DNA from: a virus | Reading direction: 5' to 3' (one strand) | Virus record (IMG/VR): IMGVR_UViG_3300045391_000819 | Location: 32,001-96,000 of that record | Length of the DNA: 64,000 nt | Shown here: positions 44,901-55,600 of the stretch, piece by piece | How the letters are laid out: every line of letters begins with the position of its first letter | Position numbering within the stretch: the stretch's first letter is position 1 | Notes under the pieces: generated by a model | The model's database searches: none | What the model saw: only the letters and a program-made list of their open reading frames with translations | What the model was told of the DNA's origin: nothing | Position numbers and translations under genes: made by a program

Positions 44901-46618
44901 GAAGTTCCTGAGAACCCACTATATCCACTTATTCCACTAAAACCTGAATATCCACTAACTCCTGAGTAACCACTATATCCACTTAATCCTGAATAACCAC
45001 TATAACCACTTCGTCCTGAATAACCACTATATCCAGATTCACCTGAATATCCTGAATATCCTGAATAACCACTAATTCCAGAATAACCGCTGTATCCTGA
45101 TGCTCCCGGATTTGCACCAGAATAACCAGAATAACCAGAAGCACCATCGCTTCCAATTACACCATTTGTTCCACTAAATCCTGAATAACCACTAAGACCT
45201 GAGAAACCTGACGCTCCCGGATTTGCACCAGAGTAACCTGAGTAACCAGAGAAACCTGAATAACCAGAAGCAGCAGAACCGTTAATAACTACGAACCCAT
45301 CAAATCTTTCATCTTCATCATCATCCTGTGGGATTTTGATAGTAAGAATATTGGATGTGGTTTGTTCTATTTCTTCTACCCAAACCTGCGTAGGAAGAAT
45401 AGGATTAGTTGCATCCCAAACTTCTACAACAAGAGCATCAGAACCTAAATTATGTGGGAAAGAAATTTCATATTGTCCAAGACCATTATCAATCCAGTCA
45501 GCAATTATAAATGAATCAACAAAAGCAATGGCAGCATGTCCTGAGAATCCTGAATAACCTGAGAAACCAGACACACCGGGGTTTGTACCAGAGTATCCAC
45601 TGTAACCTGAATAACCAGAAGCACCACTTGCACCAGAGCCATTAATAACTATACGACCAGCGAACCTTCCATCAGGTATTTCTGTTGCATATATCTTAAC
45701 ATCGTTGATTGATATTTCTTCAATGCTGTGTACGAATCTTTGGAAAGGTGTACCAGTCAAATCCCATAATTCTACAATAAGATTGAAACTACTTAAGTTA
45801 TGGTTGAATGTTATAGAGTATAATCCATCAACAGCTGTACCCCAGTCAGTATTGTTATTAAAGATTGCGAAGTATGCAGGAGTTGCAAATCCTGAATATC
45901 CAGAGATACCAGAACCACTGAATCCTGAATATCCAGAATATCCAGAGTGACCTGAGAAACCACTATAACCTGATGTAGCAGTTCCACTGAATCCTGAATA
46001 ACCTGATTCACCAGCTCCTGAATAACCAGAGAATCCACTATCACCAGAACCTGAATAACCTGAGAAACCACTAAGTCCTGAGAATCCTGAGAGTCCTGAG
46101 AATCCTGAATAACCTGAAGTTGAGTCTCCGCTAAATCCACTGTAACCAGAACGACCAGAGAAACCAGAACGACCAGCTCCACTATATCCTGAGAATCCAG
46201 AAACACCTGATCCTGAATAACCAGAGAAACCAGATTGTCCAGAGAAACCAGATGTTGAATTACCTGAGAAACCTGAATAACCAGAAATTCCACTGAAACC
46301 AGAACGACCTGACCATCCAGAAAATCCACTTAACCCTAATCCACTAAAACCAGAATAACCTGAGCGTCCAGAGAAACCTGACATTCCTCCATCAGCTACA
46401 GAGATTGTATAAACAGGATTAGACCCAATTGTTTGGGTTGCGGCTTCTCCAATTATAATACCAGCACCAGCATTAATAGTGATGGTCTTGTTTAAAGCAA
46501 TAGGGTCATTTTCAACAAAACAGCCTGAGCGAATTTTATTCAATTCAACCCAAAGCTTTTTTATTTCATTTTCACAACCTTTAAAGCTGTAACGTATATT
46601 TAAATCACCAGAACCCAT
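41939..46618 (-). CDS. virion fibre with SG(Y/F) tracts and interspersed globular domains (1559 aa)
   Basis: About seven SGY-dominated tracts; two HNL-type domains; three TQTDTDYTLVLGD domains; one GDSQAY domain. Confidence 0.8.
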   Translation of the reverse strand: MGSGDLNIRYSFKGCENEIKKLWVELNKIRSGCFVENDPIALNKTITINAGAGIIIGEAATQTIGSNPVYTISVADGGMSGFSGRSGYSGFSGLGLSGFSGWSGRSGFSGISGYSGFSGNSTSGFSGQSGFSGYSGSGVSGFSGYSGAGRSGFSGRSGYSGFSGDSTSGYSGFSGLSGFSGLSGFSGYSGSGDSGFSGYSGAGESGYSGFSGTATSGYSGFSGHSGYSGYSGFSGSGISGYSGFATPAYFAIFNNNTDWGTAVDGLYSITFNHNLSSFNLIVELWDLTGTPFQRFVHSIEEISINDVKIYATEIPDGRFAGRIVINGSGASGASGYSGYSGYSGTNPGVSGFSGYSGFSGHAAIAFVDSFIIADWIDNGLGQYEISFPHNLGSDALVVEVWDATNPILPTQVWVEEIEQTTSNILTIKIPQDDDEDERFDGFVVINGSAASGYSGFSGYSGYSGANPGASGFSGLSGYSGFSGTNGVIGSDGASGYSGYSGANPGASGYSGYSGISGYSGYSGYSGESGYSGYSGRSGYSGYSGLSGYSGYSGVSGYSGFSGISGYSGFSGTSGHSGYSGYSGISGYSGISGYSGFSGLSGYSGYSGISGYSGFSGLSGYSGYSGISGYSGFSGKSGYSGYSGFSGLSTLLFNTQTDTDYTLVLGDAFTGVKMSSSSPHTLTVPPNSSVPFVVGTEIVIEQGGTGAVTITPGLGVTIDAQGYTMGAQYSVVCLVKQATDSWLLSSGISGYSGYSGLSGYSGYSGLSGYSGFSGKSGYSGYSGQDGVIGSDGASGFSGFSGKSGYSGYSGLSGYSGYSGISGYSGFSGGSGYSGYSGISGYSGFSGLSGYSGYSGISGYSGYSGISGYSGYSGISGYSGFSGFSGGFGGDSQAYTFSTTTADADPGSGLLRYNNATFASITTIYVDNNNVAGTDVSTWLDTFDDTSFSSNRGYLKVYQQSNSSNFASFTLTGSVVDGTGYRKLSVTPIVNNNGVFANNTPIVITFTHTGYSGYSGYSGYSGLSGYSGYSGLSGYSGFSGLSGYSGYSGSGISGYSGFSGISGYSGFSGISGYSGFSGKSGYSGFSGLSTLTFTTQTDTDYTLVLGDAFTGIKMDSASAHTLTVPPNSSVAFIVGTEIVIEQAGTGGVTIAAGVGVTINAQGLTMGAQYSTVCLVKQATDTWLLSSGISGYSGYSGYSGYSGYSGISGYSGFSGKSGYSGFSGLSGYSGFSGANPGASGFSGFSGISGYSGFSGRSGYSGYSGISGYSGYSGISGYSGFSGISGYSGFSGKSGYSGFSGQNTLTFTTQTDTDYTLVLGDAGTGIKMSSASAHNLTVPTNASVAFPVGSQIVVEQAGAGTVTIVAAGGVTIEAPSLVMNGQYSVVALVKTATDTWLLTTGSSGWSGYSGYSGISGYSGYSGISPFVALATANTTTSTSLTDLSGLSIALTAGTWQFEAMLLGQSSSTAGVKFAINYTGTTTSIDAFQSAQSSGTGLIATVRITAVNTGSTTCWTTANTESYAYLTGQIVVSDSGNLVVRGNKVTSGTLTYRAACWLKAIKVA
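42360..46383 (-). repeat. SG(Y/F) tripeptide coding repeats, interrupted by globular domains
   Basis: 9-nt periodic imperfect repeats such as TCTGGTTAT, AGTGGATAT and TCAGGTTAC on the minus strand. Confidence 0.95.
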
Positions 46619-46621
46619 TTA

Positions 46622-49600
46622 TTAGAAATTCTTGTTTATAAGGGTATAAAATTTCTTCTGTTCAGCAGGCGACATCAAATTAACTACCTGACGTAGAATA
46701 GGAATAGCCTTTAGCATCTTTGCCTGCAATATAGAAGTACCTGATGCAAATGGCCCAGTCTTACGATTATAAGTCGCAAATGGTTGAGTAGTAAGTTGTA
46801 AAAAGAAATCACTATATCTACTCAGCGCCTGAATCACAGCCGAAGGATTCTTCATTATTCTAAGCATATCAGTTGCTCCAAACAAAGTGTATTGTCCAAC
46901 ATCACCTCTTGCACGAAGCATAAGAAGTGTTAAATAATCTCTTCCCCAAGACTTATCATCTTCATTAGATTGATTTGCACCTATAGCTATTCCAAGCATT
47001 GTGATACCTGTGAATAAACCTAATTCGTACATTGTCTTGTTGTAAGCATATTTTTCATCAGCAGTCCAACCGTCACGAGTCAACATTCTCTTAGCTGCTT
47101 CAAATTTATACGCTTTAATATCTTTACCCAGTTTGTTAAAGAAGGTTCTATAATATCCTTCATAAACATCCTGAAGTTCATAATCAACTCTCTTCTTACC
47201 GTAACGAGCACGGAAAGCATTGTATAAGTATTTACGATATACTAAGGCAAGTTTACCATACCATTTACGTTGTAAGTAAGCCTTATCAAACTTTGAATAG
47301 TTACCGTTAAGTATCTTATTCAAACTATGTAAACGCTTTGTGAAATCATTATTCTGAGCATCTGTCCATTGTGCTCCATCTTTCAATTTCAAATAACCAT
47401 TTGGAGTTATTTCGTGTGCATCATATAATGAAACCTCTGTACCATCAGCCATCTTTACTTTAGTAGAATCCATCAATGCAAGCATACCAGTAAGCTGAAT
47501 ATGATGTTCACCAGCATGATTGAATATAAATAAAGTGTCAGCACTTGCATACTTCTGCATTACATTACCTACGAAACGTTTACCATACTTATCACGGAAT
47601 TCACCCTGAATAGCATCGTACTTAACCCCAAGTTGGGTAATTTTAGACTTCTTTAGAGAGCTTACATCGTTTGCAAAGTCTGGTACAGCAGACCAATATT
47701 GTCCCTGAGCTTTTCTATAATTCTCTGGTTTGTAATACTTTCCACCAAGAGCTTCACCAAAAGCCTGAATATCACCAATAATTACGTTTGATACACCAGC
47801 AGTAATATTGAATGCCATATTATTCAAAGCAGTAAGGAAAGCCATATTGTTTCCCCACTTATTCAAATCAAGTTGACGACCAAGTACTTTAACTGTATCA
47901 GTAACCTCAGTATCACCATAAACTACATCATCAATGAAAGCTGAGAGCTGTTTGTTAACCAAACTAAGCCTTGCTGCTTTCTTAGAAGACAATACGTTAT
48001 TTGTAATGGTTTCTGCTTTATTACCTTTTGATTTCTTTATTACATCTACAACACCACGAGCCTTCTTAATAAATTGAGAATCACCATCTAACAACGATTT
48101 TAAAGTACGTATGTTAGGTTCGAGTTCACGCATCTTGTTTGAAAGATTAGTCACACCAGCAAACTTAAATACTGTTTCTGGTAATGCTAGGTCGAGATCA
48201 GCTTCATCCAATGGACGAATATAAGCAGTACGAATCTTCTTATATACAGAACCGTCCATGTTTGTCAAATTCACATCAAACTCATTACCTTCTTCTGCTT
48301 TTGGAGCAAAGAAATTTCCTAATTGCTTTGCTGCATTGACAGCTCCCATCTTAGACCAGCTAAGATCAGAGAACATATTCTTACCTTTAGATACTTGAGG
48401 TACTATTCCGAACTGTAATTGTTCTTCAGCCTGCAAGTTTTCATTTCCTTCCTTATAAGCATCGTAAAGGATAGTAAACATCTTGTCCTTTTCGTATAAA
48501 TCAAGGAACTTAGGGTTCAAGAAACGTTTAGCAGGCTTGTTTATAGTACCATTTTCAGTCTGCCAATCATTAAGCTTAGCAATCCAAGCCTGTTTAGCTA
48601 TTTTATCTTCAGGTTCAGCACCCAAAGACTTAACATATGCCTCATATTCCTCTACCCATTTGTCGTAAAGGTAATCTTGATGGAAAGCCCAACGCTCAAC
48701 GTACTCATACTTTGGTTCACCCGCTTCATTTTCGCCAGTCTTTTCTAAAATTCTAGCTTTTCTTAAATAATTATCCTTATAATGTTGAGAAGTTTTGTTC
48801 CTGTCATTAGGTAATCCTTTTTCTTTCAAGAAAGTATCATACCCAGTCTTAATAATGTGAGATAATACAGCATCATATCTGTGTGCATCTTCAACTACAT
48901 CTTTAATGACGTTACTTACTATAGCTGAGACAGGGTCTTTAGAGCTACCAACAGAACCAAGAGCAAAGAATAGTCTATCTACATCACCAGTAGCGTTGTA
49001 AAGTTCTTTTCTGAAAGCATCCTTAGTTAAAACGAAGTCTGGATACTTCTCTCTGATTAATTCATTAGTATGTTCAATAGCAGGATACAACCATTCAACC
49101 ATTAAATCGACTGAACGAGTTTGAATCTTGTCTGCCACTACGTTTGCTTCACGAAGAGTCTCTGCATATGTACGATATGTTTCATCGTCCATTTCTTTTC
49201 TGTTACCAATTCTCTTAAACAAATCATTAACATCTTCTCTATAGAAGGCAATCATCTGTTTTACTACATCAAGACTCTTATTAAGTTCCTGAATATCTTT
49301 TGCATCAAGTTTGTTTTCAGGATTCTTAATCTTACCTGTAATACGGCTGAACTCATCAGTTGCCCAACTAAGTCCTTTGATTCCCTGATATACAAAACTA
49401 TTTAAACTTTCAGCTTCAGTCTTTTCTTTAAAGAACTTACGAATAGTTGCTGCTTCTGAACCAAGTTCTTCTGAGTTTAAACGCTTTGCAGTTGTAGAGA
49501 ACTTATCAAGATTTCTTTTAAGACGTTCAATTATTTCAGTATTAAATTGGTCAGCATTCTTTTGAAATACATCCATATTATCAACCACATCCATTCTCGA

Positions 49601-52600
49601 ACGTAAATCAAATGCGTAGTCAGTTAGAGATATAACGTCAGCCATATCCTGAAGTGTAGCTTCAGTAGGAATGTTCTTTAACTTGCTACCAAATACTTTA
49701 TCCCACATCTTACCAAGCCAGTCTGTGAACTTCTTAATAAGGGTGAGCATAGCTCTATTATATTGACTACCAACTTTCTGTCCTTCTGGATTTACATTCT
49801 GAGCTGCTATCTTAGATATATATCTAACTAAAGCTTCCTGCTGTTGTTCGGCAGGAGTTGAATCTTTATATAATCTTCTTGTTTCTGATATAGCTTCTGT
49901 AGCTGAATCGTCCAATGATTCTTCAACTAATTTATCAAACTCATCAGACAAATTCTTATAGAGTTCTGGATTATCAACTTCCAATACTTTTAAGAATGGG
50001 TGAAGATATTCATGGAAAGGAGTTGTTCTATCAACATTTGATTTATTGATATAAACAATACCATCCTTGAAACGTCCCTGCCATTTACCACCAGCATCAT
50101 CTACAACCTGATATTTAATACCAAATCTCTTTTGTAGAGTATCAAGTATACCTTTGAGACCTGTATATTCTATAGCGTATGTATGATCTACTTCTTCATC
50201 GTGAGGAATAATAGCTTCTTTAAGAACAGTCTTGGAACTACCTTCATTATCCTGAATAGTCGCCTTTTCCCTGTCAACAGCTAGTACTCTGTACTGTTTA
50301 TTATTATACCATACTCTGTCGTTAATTTCTAAGTCTCTTGTTACAGCAGGAGGTAAATCTACAGGATCACCAATAGTTTCATCTATCTTATAAATCTTAT
50401 CTCCATAAACAGTAGATTCTCCTTTACCACCATCACTTACAGTAAAGACAGGTTCACCATTTCCAGATTCAGATTTGTCAGTTACAACAACTTCTTTACC
50501 ATCATAAGATACCTTATCACCTACTTCTACTTCTTTAGATTTAGCAAGGGCAAGTTCTTTATCCCATTCCTTTTTATAATCAGCAATATCTTCTCTTAAA
50601 TGTCTAGCTTCGATTTCAGCATCTGTATCACCTTCTCTTTCAAGCAGTTGTTCCAGACGAGAGTTCATCTTTCTATACTGTTCACTATACTTAGCATTTA
50701 CTTCTTCTACAGTTTCAGGTGCTTTATGAAGACTAGGAACTTCAACTTTAGGAAGAGATGTAACTTGTTGCTGTACAGCTTCTTGCAAAGAAGCCTGTAA
50801 TCTTTCACGATGTCCTTCTGTATCAGCAGCAGATACTTCAGCTTCTTCATTGGCTTGTGTCAACAAATCATGTTCAGGAGCTTTTATTTCAGGAAACATT
50901 TCCAAAGCAATATTTGAAAGTCTTTCTTTGAAAGTACTTCTAGCTACTTTTTCACTACTTGGGTCTTTAAGTTGTTCAGCAAGACTTCTAAGATTACCTT
51001 CAACATCTTCTAAGAACGCATCACGATACATTAAAGGAAGATCGGTAACAGCAGCCTTAGCTTGTTTAACTAACGATTCTTTGGATTGTACCTCTGGTGC
51101 TTGCTTCCCTTCGACTTGTACTTGGGGTGTGCTAGGTTCTTCTTTGGCAACTTCCGTAGCCACTTCTTGAGTTTGCTCAATATTTACTTTTTTAGCTTTA
51201 ACTGGTTTTCTAGCTCTCTTAGGTTTAACTTCACCAGCTTTAATTTCTATTACAGGGGCAGAACGTTCTAATGTTTTTCCTGTACTATCTTTTAAAGTAT
51301 CTTCTGCATGATACCCATCAATCTTACCGTCAAGTGTTTCTATTTGCAAATTCCACTGACCACCTCTCCAAATTGCTTTACCTGTAAATTTAAATTGATT
51401 CTTCCCAACTTCTCTTGGTAATAAAAGAATATCTCCTTTCTTAACTTTTCCGGGATATTCATATTGAGAAGCTTTTCTCATGTCTTCAGCGTGTCCTGCT
51501 GCAAATGCTTCTACGTCAGACATTGCATTATTAAATGCTTCAGCCTTTTCTATAACAGGGGCAGGTAGAATTTCTTTAGCTCCTTCAGGATCATTTGCTA
51601 CTACATCAGCGATTGTTTCAGCAAGTTCCTTTTGGCTATCTACACCAGCATTTAAAACAGTTTCTACATTATCCTTTAGTTCAGGAGTAAGCTGATCTAT
51701 ACTTGCTTGTAAAGTTTCTACAAGGCTAGCTTCTTCTGGTTCTAATGTCTTTTCTACATGTGGTACAAACTCACCAGCAGGTTTTGATTTTAAAGGCAGT
51801 ACATGAAGACTGTAACTATCAAATATGTCTGGTGGCGCAGCTATAGTTAATTGATTTCTAAGTTCTTTTAAAGGAACTCTTTCGTCATTAGGAATAGAAG
51901 TTTTGAAATCTTTTACATCAAGTTTAAGATTTAGTCCAGCTAATTCTCTATCTTCTACAGACTTACGTTGAATAACTTTATTTATCTGACCAACCAATTC
52001 ATCTAGGTTCTTTGCAGATTTTGCATCAGGTAAAAACAATCCTCTCTTATAATCACCATTGACTATATTAAAGTAAACCTTACCGTCCTCATTTACAAAC
52101 AAGTGCATTCTTGAACCTGCACCCTTTCTAGCATTATTATCAGAAATGAATATATTATTTCTTAAATCTTTGTTAATACTAGAGATGTCTTTCTTTTCAG
52201 TTGTGCCTGTTACTTGTGCAATTCTACTAAGAAGTCCATTAACAGTATCAGCATTTGTTTCAGAAGGACGAGCTGCAATTGCAGAAATCTTCTGATAGCT
52301 TTTATCAGGCATCTGAGTCACATATATATAGCGACTATTTATCTTCTGAAGCTGTTCATTATTATCAGCTATAAATTGCCAAGCCTTTTCTGCATCACGA
52401 GCTTCAAGTTCGTTCTCATTAAGAATAGTTGGCTCACCTCTCTTACCTTCATTTAAAGGCATAGAGATTACAAAATCACCATTAGTCTTATGAGTTACAT
52501 CAGAAAGCTTTGTAGCTGTAGCTGAACCTTTAGCATATTCTACTCTACCATATTTTACATGGATATTAAACAATTGCTGTACTTCAGCATTGTTGAAAGT

Positions 52601-55600
52601 CTTCTTACCTGTTTCTTGATAATGCTTAAGTATTGTATCAGTAATTTGCTGATATGCTTTTAAATCATTAATGAATTCATTGTATGTAGCTGGATCATTG
52701 CCAGTTACTTTTTGATATTCATCTTTACTTACTTCTGTAAGAGGAACATATTCTTCACCTCTCTTAAAGAACAAACTATCTCCGGGTTGCATCTTACCTA
52801 GAACATCTCCATCAGATACAAGATCAATATCATATCCATAACCACTACGATAAATACCAGTCTTAGGAATATGAGAGTATTCACCCTTCTGCTTACCTTT
52901 GGTACTCTTAGATACATTTACCTGAAGTTTACCGTATAGCTTTTGTGGTGTGTTTGTAAATACAGCCTTGCGAAGGTTGGTATTTTCCTTTGAATCTTCA
53001 AAGTCTCTACTATAAACTCTATTTACTAATACAAAAGGATCAGAGTTTTTGTAGATAGAATTCTTTACAGTTCCTTGTGCAGGAGCTTTGCTATCTTCGG
53101 CAATCTTTTTAACTTCCTGATTTTCAGGATTCTCTATTTCAGATATATCAACTTCTTCTTCAGCCTTTGTTGTGCTTAATATAACAGGTACAGTTTTTTC
53201 AAGTTCTGATTGCTGAGTATCATAGTTCTGATTTATTTCGTTCTTAACTTCTTCAGTTAAAGGTTTACCTGTAGTTTCTTCTGTCTGCTTTAATTCAGCA
53301 GTTCTAGCCTTTTCTATTTCAGCTTTCTTAGCTTCGTAATCTTTTCTTGCAGAGTCTGCCTGTTTCTTTTCTTCGGGAGTTTCCTGAATCTTTTTAACAG
53401 TTACTTTAGTTTCAGTCTTAGGAGCTGCTTTCTTAGTTTCAGTCTTAGGAACTTCCTTTACAGGATTACCGTTATCATCAATAGTTATAGTATCTCCAGC
53501 AGCAACAGTTCCTTCTTCCTTTTGAGGATTTGTTAAAGTATTCACAAGATTATCCATGAACCTTGCATAGTTAGCATTGTTTGATGCTAGTACATCTTGG
53601 ATGTAATTATCAAATCCCTTCTTGCCTGTTAATTGCTGATAATGATATAATGCTCTATTGTTTGCATTTTCAAGTTTGAAAGCATCCTGAGCATTTGTTA
53701 ACATAGGGAGAAGGTCTATAGGGTGTACATTATTATCAGCTTTTAAACTATCCCCGTTAGAGTAGTAGTTCACTATTTCACCTACAGTATTGTACAAGTC
53801 AGGGTGATAATCTGTTGTATTACCAGTCTTTAATTCCTGTACCTTTTCCTGTAGGAATGCTTTTTCCTTTTGATCTTCTTTATAAAATTCTGAAGACTTT
53901 TCACTAAGCTTGTTTGATTCATCAATCTGCTTGATCCTGTCTTCAAATCTCTTGACTGTCTGATCTATACCTATTTCGTGAGTAAGATCAATAAGTTTAT
54001 TCTTATCAAGAAGTGGAGCTACCTTTGATATTTCACCAGTAATAGAACGAATCCTTTCTCTGTTATTATTCATTTCAGAAAGGTCAAGAGCAAGCTGGTT
54101 CTTGTATTCTTCAAAAGCTACACGATTCTTTCTGTCAGTTTCTGGGAATGGATTCTTAAATACAGTATCTACTTTATCAATATTTTCCTTAATGTCTTTA
54201 GACTTCTTAATTACAGCATCTACATAATCAGATACAGTTCTTCTATTAGCATCGCTGTAGTCAAGACCAAACATCTTTTGGAATTCAGGCCCGCTAAGGT
54301 CTTTAAGTGTTTCAAGTTGTGAAAGTCTTAATTCATACTTTCCAGCTTTTGTACCACTACTTATAAAATTGAATAGTTGTTGAAACTTAAGATTCTGATA
54401 TTCAAATATGTCTCCTGATTCAGCAGCCTTCTTCATTGACTTAGCAAGGCTATCGGCTGTAACTGCTTCGTTATAAGTGTTTTTAAATACATCACTTACC
54501 TTTGCACTATTAAGAAGAGCAAGCACATTCTTACTAATAACATCACTGTTATTTTCAACACCTCTCTTAGATTCGATTAAGCTCTTTCCACCATGAATCA
54601 ATGCACCACCAAGAACACCAATAAGGATATTTTCTATACCCTGTTCAGTAGTGAATGTATCATAAAGTCCAGTAGCAAGCGATCTGGTAAAGTTATCTGT
54701 ATCAGATACACTTTCATCATCAAACTTTCTTCTAGCATAATCTTCAGCCGATCTTCCAACACCATATATACCAGCCATTTCAGCACCAGTAGTTGCAGTT
54801 GTTTTAAGTGGGCCACCTATCTTTCTGAGAATACCAAACTTAGTCTGTGGATTAACTGCTTCAAATACATCTACACTTCCTTTCTGTAGAGCAACTGGAA
54901 CTTTACTTTCAGCTTCTCTCAGTACGGCAGAAGTAGGTTTGAATATAGTTCCAAACACACTATCAAATACTTTCATCTGCAAAGCTGTGTTTGCAAACAA
55001 ATCTACATTACCAGCAGTTCTAGCGTATTCCTGTATCTTAGCTGCATCTGCTTCTTGAGGATCACGACCATACTTACCGTAATACTCGTCTGTTAAATTT
55101 TTCTTAACATCGTTGTATACACCATTTGCAAATATAATTGAACCACCTGTAGCTGTAGTGAATAAAGAAAGACCATAACGGAATCTATCTGTGTTTTTAA
55201 CAGTATTGTATATTCCATTGACTGCATCTTCTACAGCCATACCATTCTTCACAGATTCAGCAAGCTTTACAGCTCCACCCGGAGAAGCAAATATCTTACC
55301 TATCTTTCCTGTAAAAGCCATTAACTGAGGCTCGATCAAAGGAAGTTCACCAACTCCTCCAGTAGCAGCTCCTACTAAAGCGTCCTGTACTACAGCTCCA
55401 CCTACAGAACCTACTACGAATCCTAAAGTCTTTAATACTCCACCCCACTTATCTCCAAGTGTTTTCAAAGATGAGAATCCGGGAATATAAGAAAGGACTG
55501 GATGCTGTTCTTCAAAAGCTGATTGGTAATTAGGGAGAGTTTGTTCTAATCCTTCAGTCCATTGACTAATAGAATTAGAAAGAGGATTATTGTAAATCTT

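Noticed and set aside
37826-46329. Alternative-frame ORFs such as 37826..38083, 38183..38728, 38933..39469, 42679..43068, 43891..44259 and 45811..46329 (VDSQVSLD-type)
   Set aside because: They are frame-shifted shadows of the SG[FY] repeats, which are stop-poor in other frames.
36858-46618. CRISPR array or DGR template/variable repeats
   Set aside because: The repeats are in-frame 9-nt coding units with no unique spacers; no cas or reverse transcriptase gene and no adenine-specific mismatch pair was seen.
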